From contig CM082595.2 in NCBI GenBank assembly GCA_040954595.2, forward strand, positions 5,606,137-5,670,136: a stretch of DNA of 64,000 bases. Reading direction: 5' to 3'. This stretch comes from Balanoglossus misakiensis (lineage: Eukaryota > Animalia > Hemichordata). This document shows, one piece after another, positions 11,214 through 24,096 of this stretch; position 1 is the stretch's first letter, and every line of letters begins with the position of its first letter. The position numbers were made by a program, and so were the translations under genes. The notes under the pieces were generated by a model. It did not search any database, was not told the DNA's origin, and saw only the letters and a program-made list of their open reading frames with translations.

Positions 11214-12691
11214 TCACAACAAGAAAACCAAACACAGAATGATGGCCAGCAATATAGTGAATGGTAACCACTGCTTGATCGCACCAAATACACTGTAAAG
11301 AAATAGAAGACAAACAGATGATTGTTATTTCACATGTCATTGAATACCCAGCTATGCGTCTCCATGTATGTAATGTATGTATGTATGTATGTATGTATGT
11401 ATGTATGTATGTATGTATGTATGTATGTGTGTGTGTGTGTATGAATGTATGTATGTATGTATGTATGTATGTATGTATGTATGTATGTATGTATGTATGT
11501 ATGTATGTATGTATGTATGTATGTATGTATGTATGTATGTATGTATGTATGTATGTATGTATGAAATTGTAGTTTTGCTTTTGAGTTATAGTTGAGTGGA
11601 CACTTACCTGACATACTTGGCTTTGAATAAAATCCAGAAACACAATTTGATCATGTTCCACGACTGGCTGCCGTCATACTGCATCAGGTTCAACGCCATG
11701 GCAACGTGGGAATGACAGTTGTCACAGCAAAGGTTGTGCTGAAACCGAGACAGAAAGAGATGTTCACTGTCTGACACATTTGTTGGTTTATGTAATGTAG
11801 CTATGAGATTTTGTCATTGTGATTCTTTCCCTGGACAAAACATTCACATATCTGTGTAAAGTCAATCCAATCACCATGCTAATGTTTTACTCATTACTCT
11901 ATTTACCATTCTGTGTTTGTATGTTTCGGATGCCGATGAGACTGCTATGTCCCAATTTTCTTTCCGTGCATTTGTTGGCTTCAGCTGCAGGTATCTTGTG
12001 GGATTACCAAACGCCATGCAGTCTTCCTACAAATTCACGGATAATCATGAGAAAAAGAAAGACTTATAAGGGCAATGATCATCTTATGCACATGTACCAA
12101 ACCAGAGACTCTGGTTACAGTCAATGCCATAAGGCAGAGTGCTGTCATAACAACAGACATGATGGTGGTGATCATTGTGTCGGAGATCGGGAAAAGACAG
12201 CAAATTGGGTGAAAAGATGGGACAAAACCACAGTCTGAGTCATTGTACATGGTACACATGAAATATGGAAGGATGACTAACAACTTACAGAAACATAGTA
12301 AGGCCCGGCAAAATCTCTAATAACACCAGATGACATGCATATTCCCATGTGACCGATGAAAGGCAACAACCACCTGGAATAAAACAGACAAAATCAGGGA
12401 TGTCAAAAAATATGATGAACAATGTTTTGTATATTGCAGCCGCAAACCAAACCTGTACATCGAGATTACTCACGTCAAACAAGGAATTGGAGTCCAAACT
12501 ATGCAAAACGGATATCGACATCGGTCCTTGTCGATCTTGTTGTGGTGCGAATTTTCTGAGTACATCGTGATCTTGGACTCTGGCATGTTATTCTCTGGGC
12601 CTGGCCGCGTGTCGTTCCCGTTCACCTGCGAGCCAGACGTTGTTCCGTAAGTATTCCTGTTTGTGTTTCCGTCAGCGTTCGTCGATTCCAT
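11214..12691 (-). CDS. TMEM222: Transmembrane protein 222 (5 coding exons, about 210 aa)
   Basis: Exons 12474-12691, 12289-12373, 11907-12026, 11608-11738 and 11214-11292 have consistent phases. Signature sequence [52 protein letters not shown]...[17 protein letters not shown]. Confidence 0.95.
11365..11562. repeat. (TATG)n microsatellite with a (TG)n interruption
   Basis: Directly visible in the last TMEM222 intron. Confidence 0.95.
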
Positions 12692-13082
12692 AGTAAATAT
12701 ACACCTAGGGATAACACTGAGTGTATCTTAACATTTGCAGACTGTCATAACGAAGATGCAATATTTGGAATTTCTGAAACATAAAACCATATCTTCATGT
12801 AAAATCTATATGTTAAAATCAGTTATACAATATTGTTGAAATGTATCACAAAAAGTGTCTTAATTCTTGAAGATCAAGCTTAATATTTAATAATCATGCA
12901 CTCGAAAAACGTATTATTGATTAGGGAACAAAACCTCGTAATGAATTCGCGCGAGATTTTGTGAGAAGAGCATAAATTAATGGCGGCAGTTTTGAAAGGG
13001 AGTACACAAGTTGTGCAACGTCGCTGAAAACTCCGTGCACGCCCCCGTGTTTTGGGCCGTTTCTCTTTCATGAACTGTCAGG
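12692..13082. promoter_or_regulatory. Bidirectional promoter region TMEM222/TCF19 with E2F/BANP-like and CDE-CHR-type motifs
   Basis: The two ATGs diverge 391 bp apart. TTCGCGCGAGA at 12946-12956; GGCGG-cagt-TTTGAA at 12982-12996. Confidence 0.65.
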
Positions 13083-16000
13083 ATGGAGAGAGGGGATGCC
13101 TTCAATGTTCAGTTCAGAAGAATCGGTCTTCCAGCTACCTGCCGAGGTGTGCCCGACGTATTTAGGTCAGTAGTAGAGCGAGTTGGCAGTTCTAGCCCCC
13201 TTGCTAGTTCTGGGGGTATATGTAAATATCAACATTGGGGCCATTGTGTTTCAGCCTCGCATACCATGCTTCCATCAACGGGAGCTTAGCAACGGTGGTA
13301 GCGCCCAAGTCAGGCTTATGTAGGATGGAAAATATCGGTTACTTTTGAAAATGGCGGTCGCAACTACCTGTACGATTGCAAAATCTAACCCCTTTCGGCC
13401 AAGATCGATGTTTTTGCAGCCATGTTTATTGCGTGAATATGTCTGATTTCCTGGTGATGTGATAGTACGTATGTGTCAGATTCCCGTGTAAGAATTGCAG
13501 AGCGGTTGAGTGGTCGCTGGACAACACACATCGTAATCTGCCAACTATCGTGTAAAAGGTCACACAGTGTAAATTGGCTGTCAAACTTAGCACTTAATTA
13601 TAAACAGAACGCAATACCAAAATCACCAGTAATTCACAGTTTCTTTGTGTACACATTTTGTGTTATGATCACAGACTTAAAATCTATCAATAGAAAAAAC
13701 TGTCAAGATATTGAGTTATTAAACCTGCTACTATCACCATGATAAAATTAATCTTGTACTATCAAGATATCTCAAGACAACTACAGTTATGTATTTTAGC
13801 CCTGGAATTGAAAACTCATGACTTTATTGATAGAGTGTGAAATATAAGACCATCTGTATCCTGTGTAATGATTGGACACCTGTGAATAGGTGGTTTATTT
13901 GCAGGGCTTCTGGAACATTAACACATTATTGTCCAGACAATAGCACCATTGTTAAAAAGCCAGTGTTTTTTTTTTCAAAGTGCAGTGTTCTGAATGAGTG
14001 GGCATGTGTATAACGTTGCTGTTTATATGAAATATTATCCAACCATGGGTTAAGCTTGTGTAACAAACAACAACAGTTCAGTTAGTATTGCCAAGCAACC
14101 TGTTCATGTTACGCATATAATATTTCATCGGCACTGGTGGTATCGACCGTTAGTTCAGTTGTGTTGATTCCATTTTTGTGAAATCTAACTTGGCCTTTTT
14201 TTTAAATATAAAATGTTGCGATTGTTAGAGTAGAAAATGGAGCCTCAGATTATACATGTATTTCTTTTACTACATGTATGTGCCAAATTTTGCAAATCCT
14301 GCAGTGGTAAATACCTAACGGACTCATTGTTCCATTAAAGTAAAATCATACTGAAAACTCCTATACTCCAATTTTTAAAACACATGCAGGCCAGACGTCA
14401 AGAGACGATGAAAATAAAATAGTCACTGTATATTACTCACCTTTGCACCCTCATTCTTTGTCACCAGAATCACCAAGAAAAGGACGTTGATCGGACGAAA
14501 CAAAGATGAGGTGGATTTCTTCCTCTTCTCGACAGTTCACAAGAAACTGATCTCAAGAGTCCACGCAGAGTTAATTGTGCAGTGCAAACAAGAAGTCCAC
14601 AGTCCAACATATCATCTCATTGATCGAAGCACTAATGGAACATATCTCAATGATGTCAAGGTAAGACCAGTTTCTCACTCTGTTCATCTGTTAACCCTTT
14701 CTGGCCGGATACACTATATATAGGAGAAATTCGGATACGTTCCCAGAAAGCCAGGCTTGAAAGGGTTAAAAATCGTCAAACGAATGGAATCTAAGAGTAA
14801 TAATCATTAATACTCTTAGATCACGAGCGTTTGCCAATTTTATTTTTAATTAATGAATGAGTAATTTAACCCTTTCACCACTATGGTCCAGTCCTGTTCT
14901 CTATGGTAAGTTTGGACCTCTAAAGAGGGAACTGGGGGTGAAAGGGTTAAATATACCACGAGACGGATGACGGAATGTTGTAACTAATATCTTGATCATT
15001 GCTGAATAAAACTAAAGCACTGTGGTTATGGCAAACAAGGTAATCCGTGCTTTTGACTTGCAATTGTACAATTTAGATTTACATACGATTTAAACAATAG
15101 GTAAATTGTCCGCTGGAACAATAGTCTTTTCTTGTGAGCCTGTAAGTTTAAAAAACATGGTCAGCTGTATGGTTTCCTGTCTATTGGTAGCCTGAACCCT
15201 TTCCTCTTCTTGATAAAAGAAATGTCAGTTGTCAAATTCTATGGCAAGCCCCCAAACAATGCCCCCCCCCCCTCCCTCACACTCACAGCTGGTCTGTCAG
15301 TGACACCCCCTCTAAGATCTCAACACTTTTTAAGACAAGCACCTCAGAACATGTACAAATGTACATATCAATAGGCAGACTTTCAATAGACTGCTGACTC
15401 TGAATTGGTGAATAATGGCTTGATTAGGTGTTAACAACATATCATGCCTTCTGTGAGACCCAGACCATTGACTCATTAAAGCAATGAAAGGGGGATAGTA
15501 TAATCACACAGTCTGCATTGATTCTCAAGCAATTTTCAGCCCAGACAGTGGAAGTAGTAAACAACTTGATTTTATGGCATGATTGAAACCCACTATAAAT
15601 TATTCAGCATTTCAAAGAAGGATCATCAAGTGGTCATTTCATGATTGCGTATTGTCAAGTCTTAATTTTTTTGAGTACAGAGTTGGAAAAATAAACATGC
15701 TCAAAATTTCAATCTTGTAGCTAAATTTAGGTTATCTAATAAGCATTATTTATTATTCAACCCAGGGCTGGGCAAATGTCCTGTTTTTGCAACTTTTGGG
15801 TGTCACAGTGTACAAACCTTTTCACTGAAATGTCTATGTTGCTTTGGCAAATTTCACAGGAAAAGAGTTTCTTGGAGAATACTTAATATGATTCCTCTTA
15901 ACTATGTTTTGCAGGTTGCAGGGTCAGCCTGTTTGAAGCATGGAGACAAGATTACATTTGGTCACATGAAGGGAATTGGTGTGATGCCCGGAACCTTCTC

Positions 16001-18870
16001 TCAGCAAGTCAACACAGAGTTTTTATTCAGGGTAATGTATGATTTTATTTACCTCAGTTTTCATGTCTTTTTGTGAGAGAAAAAAATAACAGGGTTCGCG
16101 AGTAACAAATTTGTAATTCACCATAAAATCTGTGTGTGAATGGAAATGACACGCAGGAACAGTATAATTCTCTGTGTTGTTTCTTTTGTTGCACTGCTAA
16201 TTCTTGTACAGTGAATTTACTTGAACCTAGCTAAATCTATTCTGTGACTGTATTTGTCTGTTGTAGTATTGTTTTTAGAGTTTTTTTGACCCTGTAAATG
16301 GGACCAGATCCCATAGGCTTTCCCAATAAATAAATAAGCTAAAAACATGATTGCTAGCTGAAAAGACATGTTGTATGTAGTAAGCCACAATCTGTGCATA
16401 TTTGTGTGACATGTGAAACCCACAGGGAGCATAATTCATTTGACAGCATCTTGTACTGGGGAACCAAAATCATTCACAGTATAAACTTGTTTTTAAAATA
16501 TTTGCTATGTTCTCTTTTAGTTTGAAGAATGCGAGGACACAAGGCGGTGCAGGAATCTCCCATCCACACCACCGAGAGAAGTCAACTCCGTCCTCTCCAT
16601 GACTTGGAACTCCAATTCCATCTCTCCGCTCAGCATGATCCGGAAAACGTCGAGGGCCAGCGTCAGCTCCATTGAAAAAGAAAACACTTTGCACTGCACT
16701 GATGTGACAGATGGTGTAGAACTTTCAAAAACAAGGGACAGGGAGACGCCGATTGTGAACGGATTCGGGAGAATCGATTTGAAACCGAGACAGCTTCTAC
16801 CATCGGAGAGTCAAATACATGCAACTCAATCATGGTATGTACTTTTGTAACACGTGGAAAGGTTCACTGGTGTACAAACACCAGTTACTCATTTGGTATC
16901 GGTTTGCGTTATCAACATTTTTTGACCATATAACAGGTAGATGTTAAACGTCTGTTATGGTTGAATGTACTAACTTAAATCAAATAGTAGTGAAGTGTCT
17001 TAAATGATTTTAAGACAAATGTTTTAATAATTTTTACTGAATATAAATGGGAGCAGTGTCTTGATGTTATTTTAATAGATGTCTTGATTTTTTTCTTTTT
17101 CAATAGTACAACTCAAACTGGCTTATTGGCTTCAATAACACAGCTGAAAACACCAGGGAAAGATTCTGGGGTTTTTGATAATGATATTTTCGACAGTGAC
17201 CATGGTAAGTGTGTTGTATTTGGATTTTTACAGTTTCCTGTGTATGTTACAGGACATTGCTGCATAACACTACTTGTCTCCCCACCATAGTACTGAGCGT
17301 AGTGTAATATATTTCAGACCCACTTTGTAAATAAAAACTTGGCACAAATAGAAATTACTCAGAATCACTTTTTACTAACAAATATAACAGAGGGAATTGT
17401 AGGCTGCACTAAGAACCACAGTCAATTTGGTAACGTACATATATATGTTGTGAAAATCAGAATTGGAAAGGCATAATTTCAAACGGATATAAACGTGCAG
17501 TTTGAATTTCATTTCAGATGACGACCAAGAGTTACTGAAATTAGCCGAAAGGATCGGTGTGGACTTCACCGGCTTCGACAGTGAAGAAGATATATTTTCT
17601 TCAAACGGACAAGTGAATCCCAGCGCAAAGTTATACCCACTCATACCGTGCTCAGGTAAACAAGGCGGTACATCCCCAGTCCTGCAGACACCTGCTTGTA
17701 CAGCGACCTCCTCCAAGAAACACAGGAGGAAGCAGATATTCCCACCGTCGTGTAGAACCACAAGTCCAGCGCTGTCACCAGTTACAAAGAACACCAGGAG
17801 AGCGACGTCATCACCTGTTATCAAAAAGAAGAGAGGTGAGTACAGCTATTTTAATTTAAAATAACTACAGTGAAACTTGTTCTTATGGACACCTCTAACT
17901 GCAGATTTTTCAAGCGATCCATACCTTAAGCTGCGTTAATCCAACATACTGGGTAGGAGTTACGCTTTGACAAACAGTGGTTGAGTAAAAACTAAAATTA
18001 CCAAATCCAACATTGAAATACACCAGTGCAATACTCATGTACAAGGTGGCATCTATACATCACAGAGTAAAATTTTTCATGCACTAACAATATCTACAAG
18101 TCAGTCAAAAGAGGACTAATATTGATGGTACTTCATGAGATAAAAATATCATTTTCTGTTTCCAGGGAGACCGCCAAGTAAAGCTAGGAGGCAGTCAGCG
18201 CCGTACCAGAAAAAGAAAAGCCCTGTTGTTAAACAGAAAAGTTCCAAAGCGGAGAGAGAATGGGACAAGTGTGACTTCTATGCTTGCCAACGACCTCAAG
18301 ATGACACCGTTGCTTGGGTAAGACGATCTTTGACCCGTACGCTGCTCATAGAAATTCTTGTGATTTAAAGTAACTAACATCAAATTCATTCGTTGGAATA
18401 GGCAATGGTGCTTGTTCAAGGCATGTAGACAGTTGAGAAAACATGTATGTACATATTGTAAAACACTTTATTTTCGCGAGTTGAAATTTTTCGCGTTATC
18501 GAGAGAGGCCACTGTTTCGCGAGTATTAATTTTCGCGTTCTCTTATTTCATTCGCTGCATCGTTATCTTAAAAAAAAATGTATGCGACTTTTTGTTTTCA
18601 CGCTATTTTGGCTCTCGCGTATTTCACGAAAATTTATTGCTTGCAAAAACAAAGTGTTTTACAGTATTTTAGTTATGAGTTTGGGGTAATGATCTTGTAA
18701 GTGTTGTGGTTTATAATTTTGCGTTGACTGACTTTGACCATTTTCTCTGTTTTGTTGCATTTTAGGTGCAGTGTGATGACTGCGATGGGTGGTACCACGT
18801 CAACTGCATGGGGTGTACGTATGACGCAGTGAGTGACAGCAAGACAGCATTCCACTGTGGCTGCATGTGA
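13083..18870 (+). CDS. TCF19: TCF19-like protein: FHA domain, low-complexity linker, AT-hook, C-terminal PHD finger (8 exons, about 459 aa)
   Basis: Exons 13083-13165, 14468-14660, 15915-16031, 16521-16834, 17107-17204, 17518-17835, 18166-18317 and 18766-18870 are phase-consistent. FHA: IGR...ISRVHA...DRSTNGTYLN...LKHGDKITFG. AT-hook: KKRGRPP. PHD: CDFYAC..P...TVAWVQCDDCDGWYHVNC...FHCGC, matching the TCF19 'TVAWVQCD' motif. Confidence 0.88.
14695..14765. mobile_element. Tiny piggyBac-type MITE
   Basis: TTAA-CCCTTTC...GAAAGGG-TTAA. Confidence 0.55.
14870..14946. mobile_element. Tiny piggyBac-type MITE
   Basis: TTAA-CCCTTTCACC...GGTGAAAGGG-TTAA. Confidence 0.65.
18456..18664. mobile_element. 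Tc1/mariner-type MITE in the last TCF19 intron
   Basis: TA-(T)TGTAAAACACTTT...AAAGTGTTTTACAG-TA terminal inverted repeats, with internal TTTTCGCG repeats. Confidence 0.7.
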
Positions 18871-21800
18871 TCCACACACAGGTAGAAGAAATCTTAATTG
18901 CAGGAATCCTGCAGCGCTATACATGTATATCAAAGACAAGTTCAAACCCATTAGCTTTAACGTGAACCTGATCACTGTCAGAAGTTACCTGTTTTCAATA
19001 TTTACATATGCACATCTACAGTCTACAGTTTGACCTGGTTCACATAACATGCAAGGTCATCCAGAAAATTTTACACATGATCCAGTTCAAGTATGTGGAT
19101 TTTGTAAGTTACTAGTATATCATTTATCATAATTTTTTTCGGGTTTTTGTTCTGAAACTTGTGAAAGTTTGAATGACATAATGAGTTGTTGAAAACACCC
19201 GCGATTTTAAAAGTCCACTGCAGTTTCATATGAAACAAATACAAGAATCTGCTTCACAGGACTACATGTATAGAAAATCCACTGAAATGAGCCAGTGTCC
19301 GATCTTACCTACATATGTAAATACACCTGTCTTTTCTTGTTCTTTTTCTTCGCTCAGAATGTTTCTGAAAGTGTGATTTTCATATTTGCAGTTACTGTAT
19401 TGCCACCAAAGACAACATTGTTCTAAACTACATGTACTCATATCAGGTTTAGGAATGCAGATACAGATACAAATCAGCAAATCAGAATCATTGAACAAGT
19501 TTTAGCAAAATGATTTAGTTTTTTAGTTTATAGTGACGAAGTTAACCAAACATTCTGTGGGTTCTGTTGATATAGTATGCTCTGGTAAACATAAAACATG
19601 TTACACAGTGTAACCTAAAGCACACAAATTTTTACACCGGAAATCTTGCATATTGAATGGTATATCTCACATGAACAATTAAACCTGTCCAAACCGGACA
19701 CCAAAGGGGCTGAAATAGTTGTTTGGTTGTAGTTTGCAGTCTGGATAATTTGTCACGTGTAAACAAAAAGTGCAGCATATAAATATTTCAGCCTTATGAA
19801 TGAAATTGTTCATGTGAAGTTCAATGGTGCTCTGAAGTATTAAAAAAAAATCATTTGTAATGTTTATTTTTACATGGCAGCTAAACCTTTGTACTTGCTG
19901 TACAGTGGTTTAATTTCTTTCTCAATGCAAACATTATAGAAGATCATTAATATATAACTATTAGTTGTAGATCAGCAAAACACACAACTGTGTAGTTGAA
20001 TTGGCACTGCAGTACAGTGCCTCTGAAAGCTGATGTTGGAAAGTGTCCTCCGACAGAGAAGAGGTCTTTAATTTAATTAAACACTTCGTTAGATGACGTT
20101 ATTGTAGATGAAGGTAACGTAGCTTTATTTGAACATCCATGTACAAGATATTTTTTAGTTTGAAAAATGATGAGAGATGTTTTATTTCTGATCAGCTTGA
20201 AGAATCTCAGGATTTGTAGTTTTGTTAAGTTTATGAACACTGCCAATTTTGCCATTTTTTCATGAAGTTGACAGATTTTTCCAAGTTTTCCATCATAGTG
20301 CTGCAACAAAGTGGACGTCTTGCCTTTTTAGTCGCATTCCAATGTTGGGCTAAAATTATGATTTTCATGACCATGACAGATTAGTTTCGTATTATCAAGT
20401 GTTAAATTTCTATATGAATGGTGTTTAAGTTATTATTACACCATATTGCTGAAGTTAAAGTTTAAAAAAATAAGACCATGTCTGACATTCACTTGACTTT
20501 CGCAAATAATTTTGATTTTTGTGTATTTATTTTACAGCAATGATCCCTCTGAATAAGAATTTAAGTTTTGTTGAGCCCTGTTATTATTGACCGTTACAAG
20601 CTTTCATCAAGAATATAGTAAATACGTATAAGCCTTCGTTTGAAAATACAAAAAAATGCATTAAATGTACACTTTCAGTAGTGATAGTCATATGCTGAAA
20701 ATTTCGTGTAGGTCTTTGATTATGCAGGTGTCCGTTTTAAGCAAATTTGGACAAATATTGTAAATCTCTCCAAAATGTTTTAAACATGCAAACTTAAAAT
20801 TTTTTGGTTGATACACTTTCTTTCACATATAATTGTTTTGTTCATCATTGTACGGTGCTTGGCACAAACCCAATATTTTATTCCAGAGTTAAGCTCAAAG
20901 AAAAAAAGGGATGCAAAGGGGTACAGAAAATAGTTCTGAAGTAAAAATTGGGGAAAGACTTTATTTATGCAGTCAAGGTGTGAATCACATGTGCTTAGCT
21001 TTCGTGTTTGTTGAGAGAAGGATTCTAAGATTATCCCAAAATCTCAGTTGTGAAATTGGTGGTTTTCACGTCAGTACAGTCTTTTTTATCCAAATTTTGA
21101 TTTGCACTGCTTCAGCATTGTCATTCGAATATTCAGTAGGTCAGTTTTTTGATGAAGTTATTTTGTGAAAAGTGTTTTGGGGGTTTGTTTTTTTTCCTCT
21201 GCTATCAAACATACGAGAGTTCAATGTTGAGAGGCTACATACTTTACAAACATACCATATTCAGGTTTCTAACGAACATTAACAGTGAGAGTAGAGTTCA
21301 AGAAATTAATTTTCATAAACTAATTAATATTCAGTTAGTTGAGATCTTTCAGAGGTCAAAAGCATGGCCGTTCTAAAGTGTTTTATATGCAGCTGTTTTG
21401 ACCAAAATGAACATGGAAAGTTCTGGTTAGATAAAATTCATTTATATATGAGTCTGGTGGTAAATTTAGTGCAGTTTGATTGCTTCCTGGTGGTTTCATA
21501 TATTGTATATATATGAATGTGTATGTTTATTTAACCCACGGTTTCAGAATGTATACAGTGTGTTTACAGAAGTGAACGAATGAATATTTCAACAATAAGT
21601 TAACAGTGCTTTTGTCACATTGTAACAATTTCCTGAGTCTAGTCTTATTTGATTATGATTTTGTGAACAGTATTATATATATACTTATATTTTTTCATAT
21701 AACAATAGAAGCTCACATGGGCAGTATGTCTTTTGTTTTTTTAAGTTCTCAGCTATTCATTGTACAGATACATGAATTCTAAGATAACGTCTGGATGATA

Positions 21801-24096
21801 GAGTTTACATTTGGTGATCTCAAAGGAACACAGTTTTCCTCTTAAGATTTAATTTTATCGTACATGTACATGTTTCATGTTACATTGTTTTGCTTATAAC
21901 AATATGTTAAATTACCATGCATCATAATTCTTTTTTGTACCTAAACATGTGATGTGAACTTAGAAGATATGTTTTGCAGTTTACCTAAAATTGTTGATAC
22001 TTTTGTCAAGTTACATGTATGATAAATTACCACCACTGCATAGTCCCAACCCACCTCCAATGTAGCAAGATAGCAACTTTGTTCCCTTCAATACATTTCA
22101 TGTCTACACTCCTCATTATCAATTCATTCATATTAATATTAAACTTAACTGTACATGTATATACTTGCCATGGTAACTGCTATGTACAAATACTATCTGG
22201 GTCAGTATTGCTGTCTTCTAACAAGAAGCCATTATAATTTTCACTACGCATTCCATGGCCAGTTTTGTAAGTTTTTTTTGACACAAATATTATTTGGTAC
22301 TCGGCATTTAGCCAGTACTGTTTCATTTTGTCACTAGCGTTTTTAATCAAAGCAAATATATTCTTTGATATATCCATACACTTTCCATATTACTTGTTTT
22401 TCTTGTATGTCAAGGTATTATTTTTCACTATAGACAAAATAAAGATTATTTCTGTACATTATTTTTTTGTTTTACTTGTATTCATTTCATTGTTAAATGT
22501 TTTATCATATTAGCAAGACTTTGTATGTTTATATAATGTATACATAGCTGCACATTGGAAAGATTACGTCGGGTGTACCCCCAGAAATTATTCGGCAATA
22601 TGCACAAACTTACCTGTTCGAGTCTTGTCCAAATGTCACAAAAAGTAGACGAGCTACTCATGGAATGAGTTCAGCTCAGACCAAATGACAGAACAGACAG
22701 TCATTTTAAATGAACTGCTTTGTATTTAAACAGAGGCATAATTGTATTACGGGAATTAATTCTCATGAAGTCAGTATATTACAGCAATCAATATTTTAGC
22801 TTTGTGTTGAGTCACACAGTGACACTCTAAAATTAGAATGAAGACTTGTGAATTTGATGGTAGATGTAAACAGAAAGATCAAGAGGCACATGTATGATGT
22901 AACTCGTATCGTGTTGTGCAACCATTTGCAGGTTGATAACGTAGAGCTGGTGATTATTGACCACTAATGAGTCTTAATGTGAAGGGTCCCCCAGTAGTTT
23001 AAAACAAGGCTGTCTGTGGCTGAAAACTTGATAAAAACCACATCTGTCTGTGTGTTTGGCAGTTTCAAACCATAGGTACATATTGCAAGCTGATTGATTG
23101 TTGGCTGGAAAATGGAAGTGGACACGGCTTCCAAAATGTCACTCTAAACGTCACTGGTTTGTGGTTGAAAACCTGAGTCTGTTTCTTCGAAAAAGCGGTC
23201 TAAAGACAATATAATCAACACGACATTCAACTTCGTACTTGCATATTTAAACAACGATGGTACATAAATCTGCAGTCATTTGACGTTTGAGGGCGCTGCA
23301 CTTCCTTCTGAGAAACAGGCGGGGGTGGGCACATAGACATTATACTGTCTTACGCATCACAATTCTGCACAAGCAGGAGACGAAATAACTCTTTTTAAAG
23401 TATTATGAGCTCAACGTATTTCTGCGTGTTTGCTACCATAAAGAAATCGATGGCAGTGTTTTATACATTTGCGCGTTATGAGCAAAATTATTGAGGATAT
23501 AATATTGAAATACAAATTAACAGATACCCGCTTTTCAGTATGTCAAACCTTTCACACTTGCATAATGTTAATTAATTCGCTGAGTGGGAGCTATGATTGA
23601 AGGTAAACGCCCGCATTTCTACTGAATAAGTGATGCGGTTGAAATATAGTGCACTCTAGGTAGTCAGTCTGTAGTCTAACGTCCAATCGGTACAACTCAG
23701 GACACTCACGTTTACGGCAATTTCGAGAAGAGAATGTGAGAGATACGCCATTTGCCTGTACTTCATCGGAAAATCGCGTTTTTCTACAAGTATGGTAAAA
23801 CTGCCGGTGTACTTTTTTAAGTATGGATGGGAGACGGTGAACCCTTTCACCCTCTATGCACCCGAATGACGTTCTGCACAAATCAATATTTCGTGGAATA
23901 TACTGAGCGCGGGGCACCTTGCGATTTCGTAGAGATATTATATGTCTTGATATGGTTTGTGTAGAAAGTACAGGTAAACACAAACTGTCCTTTTCTGGAC
24001 AGATTATACATTTTGATACGTAGTTGGAGCTGGCTGTGAGGAGTGTGTCGTTCTCAACAGAACATAACAAAACTCCGCCCGCATGACTGTTTTAAT

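Noticed and set aside
6008-11661. ORFs rich in HPSI, FLSF/KKER and HTYI/MYVC
   Set aside because: Translations of intronic microsatellites. Only the embedded ANK or TMEM222 exons are real.
17866-17896. tacagtgaaacttg...ggacacctct, a pogo/Tigger-like TIR fragment
   Set aside because: Only one short end is visible with no matching partner nearby, so it is too fragmentary to annotate.
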